From: Phallusia mammillata
Taxonomy: Eukaryota
Reading direction: 5' to 3'
Assembly (NCBI GenBank): GCA_965637545.1
Contig: OZ281500.1
Span: 16,492,001 to 16,556,000, forward strand
DNA length: 64,000 bases
Shown piece after piece: positions 62,850-64,000 of this stretch. A program made the position numbers and the translations under genes. The first letter of the stretch is position 1; the number at the start of each line of letters is the position of its first letter. Under the pieces are notes generated by a model. That model was not told where the DNA came from, did no database searches, and was given only the letters and a program-made list of their open reading frames with translations.

Positions 62850-64000
62850 ACATATGGTCGAAAGTACAGTTTACTATTTATAGATTTTGTAGTACAAAAG
62901 TTTTTTTTCCCAGCTACAATGCTCAAGCATGGAAAAATGCATTGTGGCTGATTTTCCACATAATGCTTACAATGTGCCAACAGCAGGGGGGAAAGAAAAG
63001 GATTTGGTTGTAGCAAAATCACATAGACAACACAAATTGCAACAAACCCGGAGAAAAGGGTGGAAAATCACCTAAAGCGAATAGAAGTTTATCACCAGCA
63101 ATAAAACTAAGAATAAGAGTAACTCAACCGCACATATTTACAAGCAATATATGAAACCAAAAAAGGCTACAAAATAAGGTGCCACCAGTCCTAAAGATAT
63201 GGTTTTAAAAATTTGTAGTGATAGTGGATCATTTTTTTTTCTCCTGGCTCAGATAAAAAGCAAAATATATGTATGTCATGTCTTAATGGCCATTTGAGTG
63301 CATGTAAAAATCAGCATTTTAACCAATCAGAAAAAGACCAATGGATTGGCATTTAACCATGTGGTTTTAAAAACAAATGTCATGTTATAACCATATATAG
63401 CATATAACCATCAGGATGCTGTTACAACCACAAACATTGTTATATGCCTAGGAATTAATACAATTTACCCAGTATAAGGATTTAAATCATTATGAACAGT
63501 TTAGACTTTAGACTACAACTTAACACGGCTTATGACTTACTAGTACGAATGCAAATCACAATTCACAGGATTATGATGTACATTAATACTTTAAATCACT
63601 ATTAAAAGATTGTTTTTTATTATCATTTTTTTATCTTGCATTGTTAAACTTGCTGATCATTTTGTTGTTTTCTAGATGCCTTTTTATTTGGAATGCAAAG
63701 ATTTTTATTTATTTTTAATGCTGTGAGATATATACTATTTGGAAAATTCTTAGCACCAACACCATTAGTTTAACAACCTATATATTTTGGGCAGTGAAGT
63801 GTTTTGTAAAATCTTAAGATTTGGACATTGGTTTCATCTTGTGTGGATAAATTTGTCAGATGGCAAAACGTGAGATGAATTTGCTATGCTGGCCCATTTA
63901 GAAAATTTGGAAATAAAATGGTAGCACCCTATTTCAGAGGTCGGCATTGTACCAAAGATGCCAAGCCACAGACCAATTTTTCATCAAGGAGGCATTCCTT

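Noticed and set aside
1-64000. Most short ORFs in the supplied track (GTG/TTG starts, 60-150 aa)
   Set aside because: The DNA is eukaryotic and intron-containing. These ORFs are exon fragments read into introns, antisense shadows of real exons, or chance ORFs in AT-rich DNA and MITEs.
62940-64000. Possible exons of a further gene at the window end (minus 63190-63123 and ~63082-63030; plus ~63938 onward)
   Set aside because: Splice-like sites exist, but the peptides are short and unrecognisable and the two strands conflict. It cannot be supported without the adjacent sequence.

Overview
AT-rich, intron-containing animal genomic DNA with GT-AG introns, at least one GC-AG intron and many MITEs. 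It is not prokaryotic. The compact genes and splice acceptors just upstream of start codons fit an invertebrate chordate such as an ascidian, but that is inference. Seven genes were reconstructed by hand with phase-consistent exons: SAMD15-like (+), RBM24/38 (+), SLC5A7/CHT1-like choline transporter (+), SLC6A6/TauT-like transporter (-), an orphan single-pass membrane protein (-), a 5-HT1/7-type serotonin receptor (-, 5' end unresolved) and neurochondrin (+). Main signals: (1) an ~830-nt in-frame open region upstream of the conserved RBM24 AUG has no ATG in any frame, yet has coding-like composition, a SUMO site, an NLS and a well-placed GUG, suggesting a non-AUG-initiated nuclear isoform; (2) two candidate poison exons in RBM24 introns next to UGUG-rich tracts, suggesting autoregulation; (3) minimal hammerhead ribozyme motifs of the Penelope-like-element type at three loci, one intact, one a U3-A8 covariant locked in a hairpin in an SLC6 intron, and one degenerate inverted pair; (4) an orphan membrane-protein gene directly behind the serotonin receptor, possibly in an operon and with a dual-frame first exon; (5) a CHT1-like transporter with altered choline-cage residues; (6) nested, palindromic and TSD-flanked MITEs.
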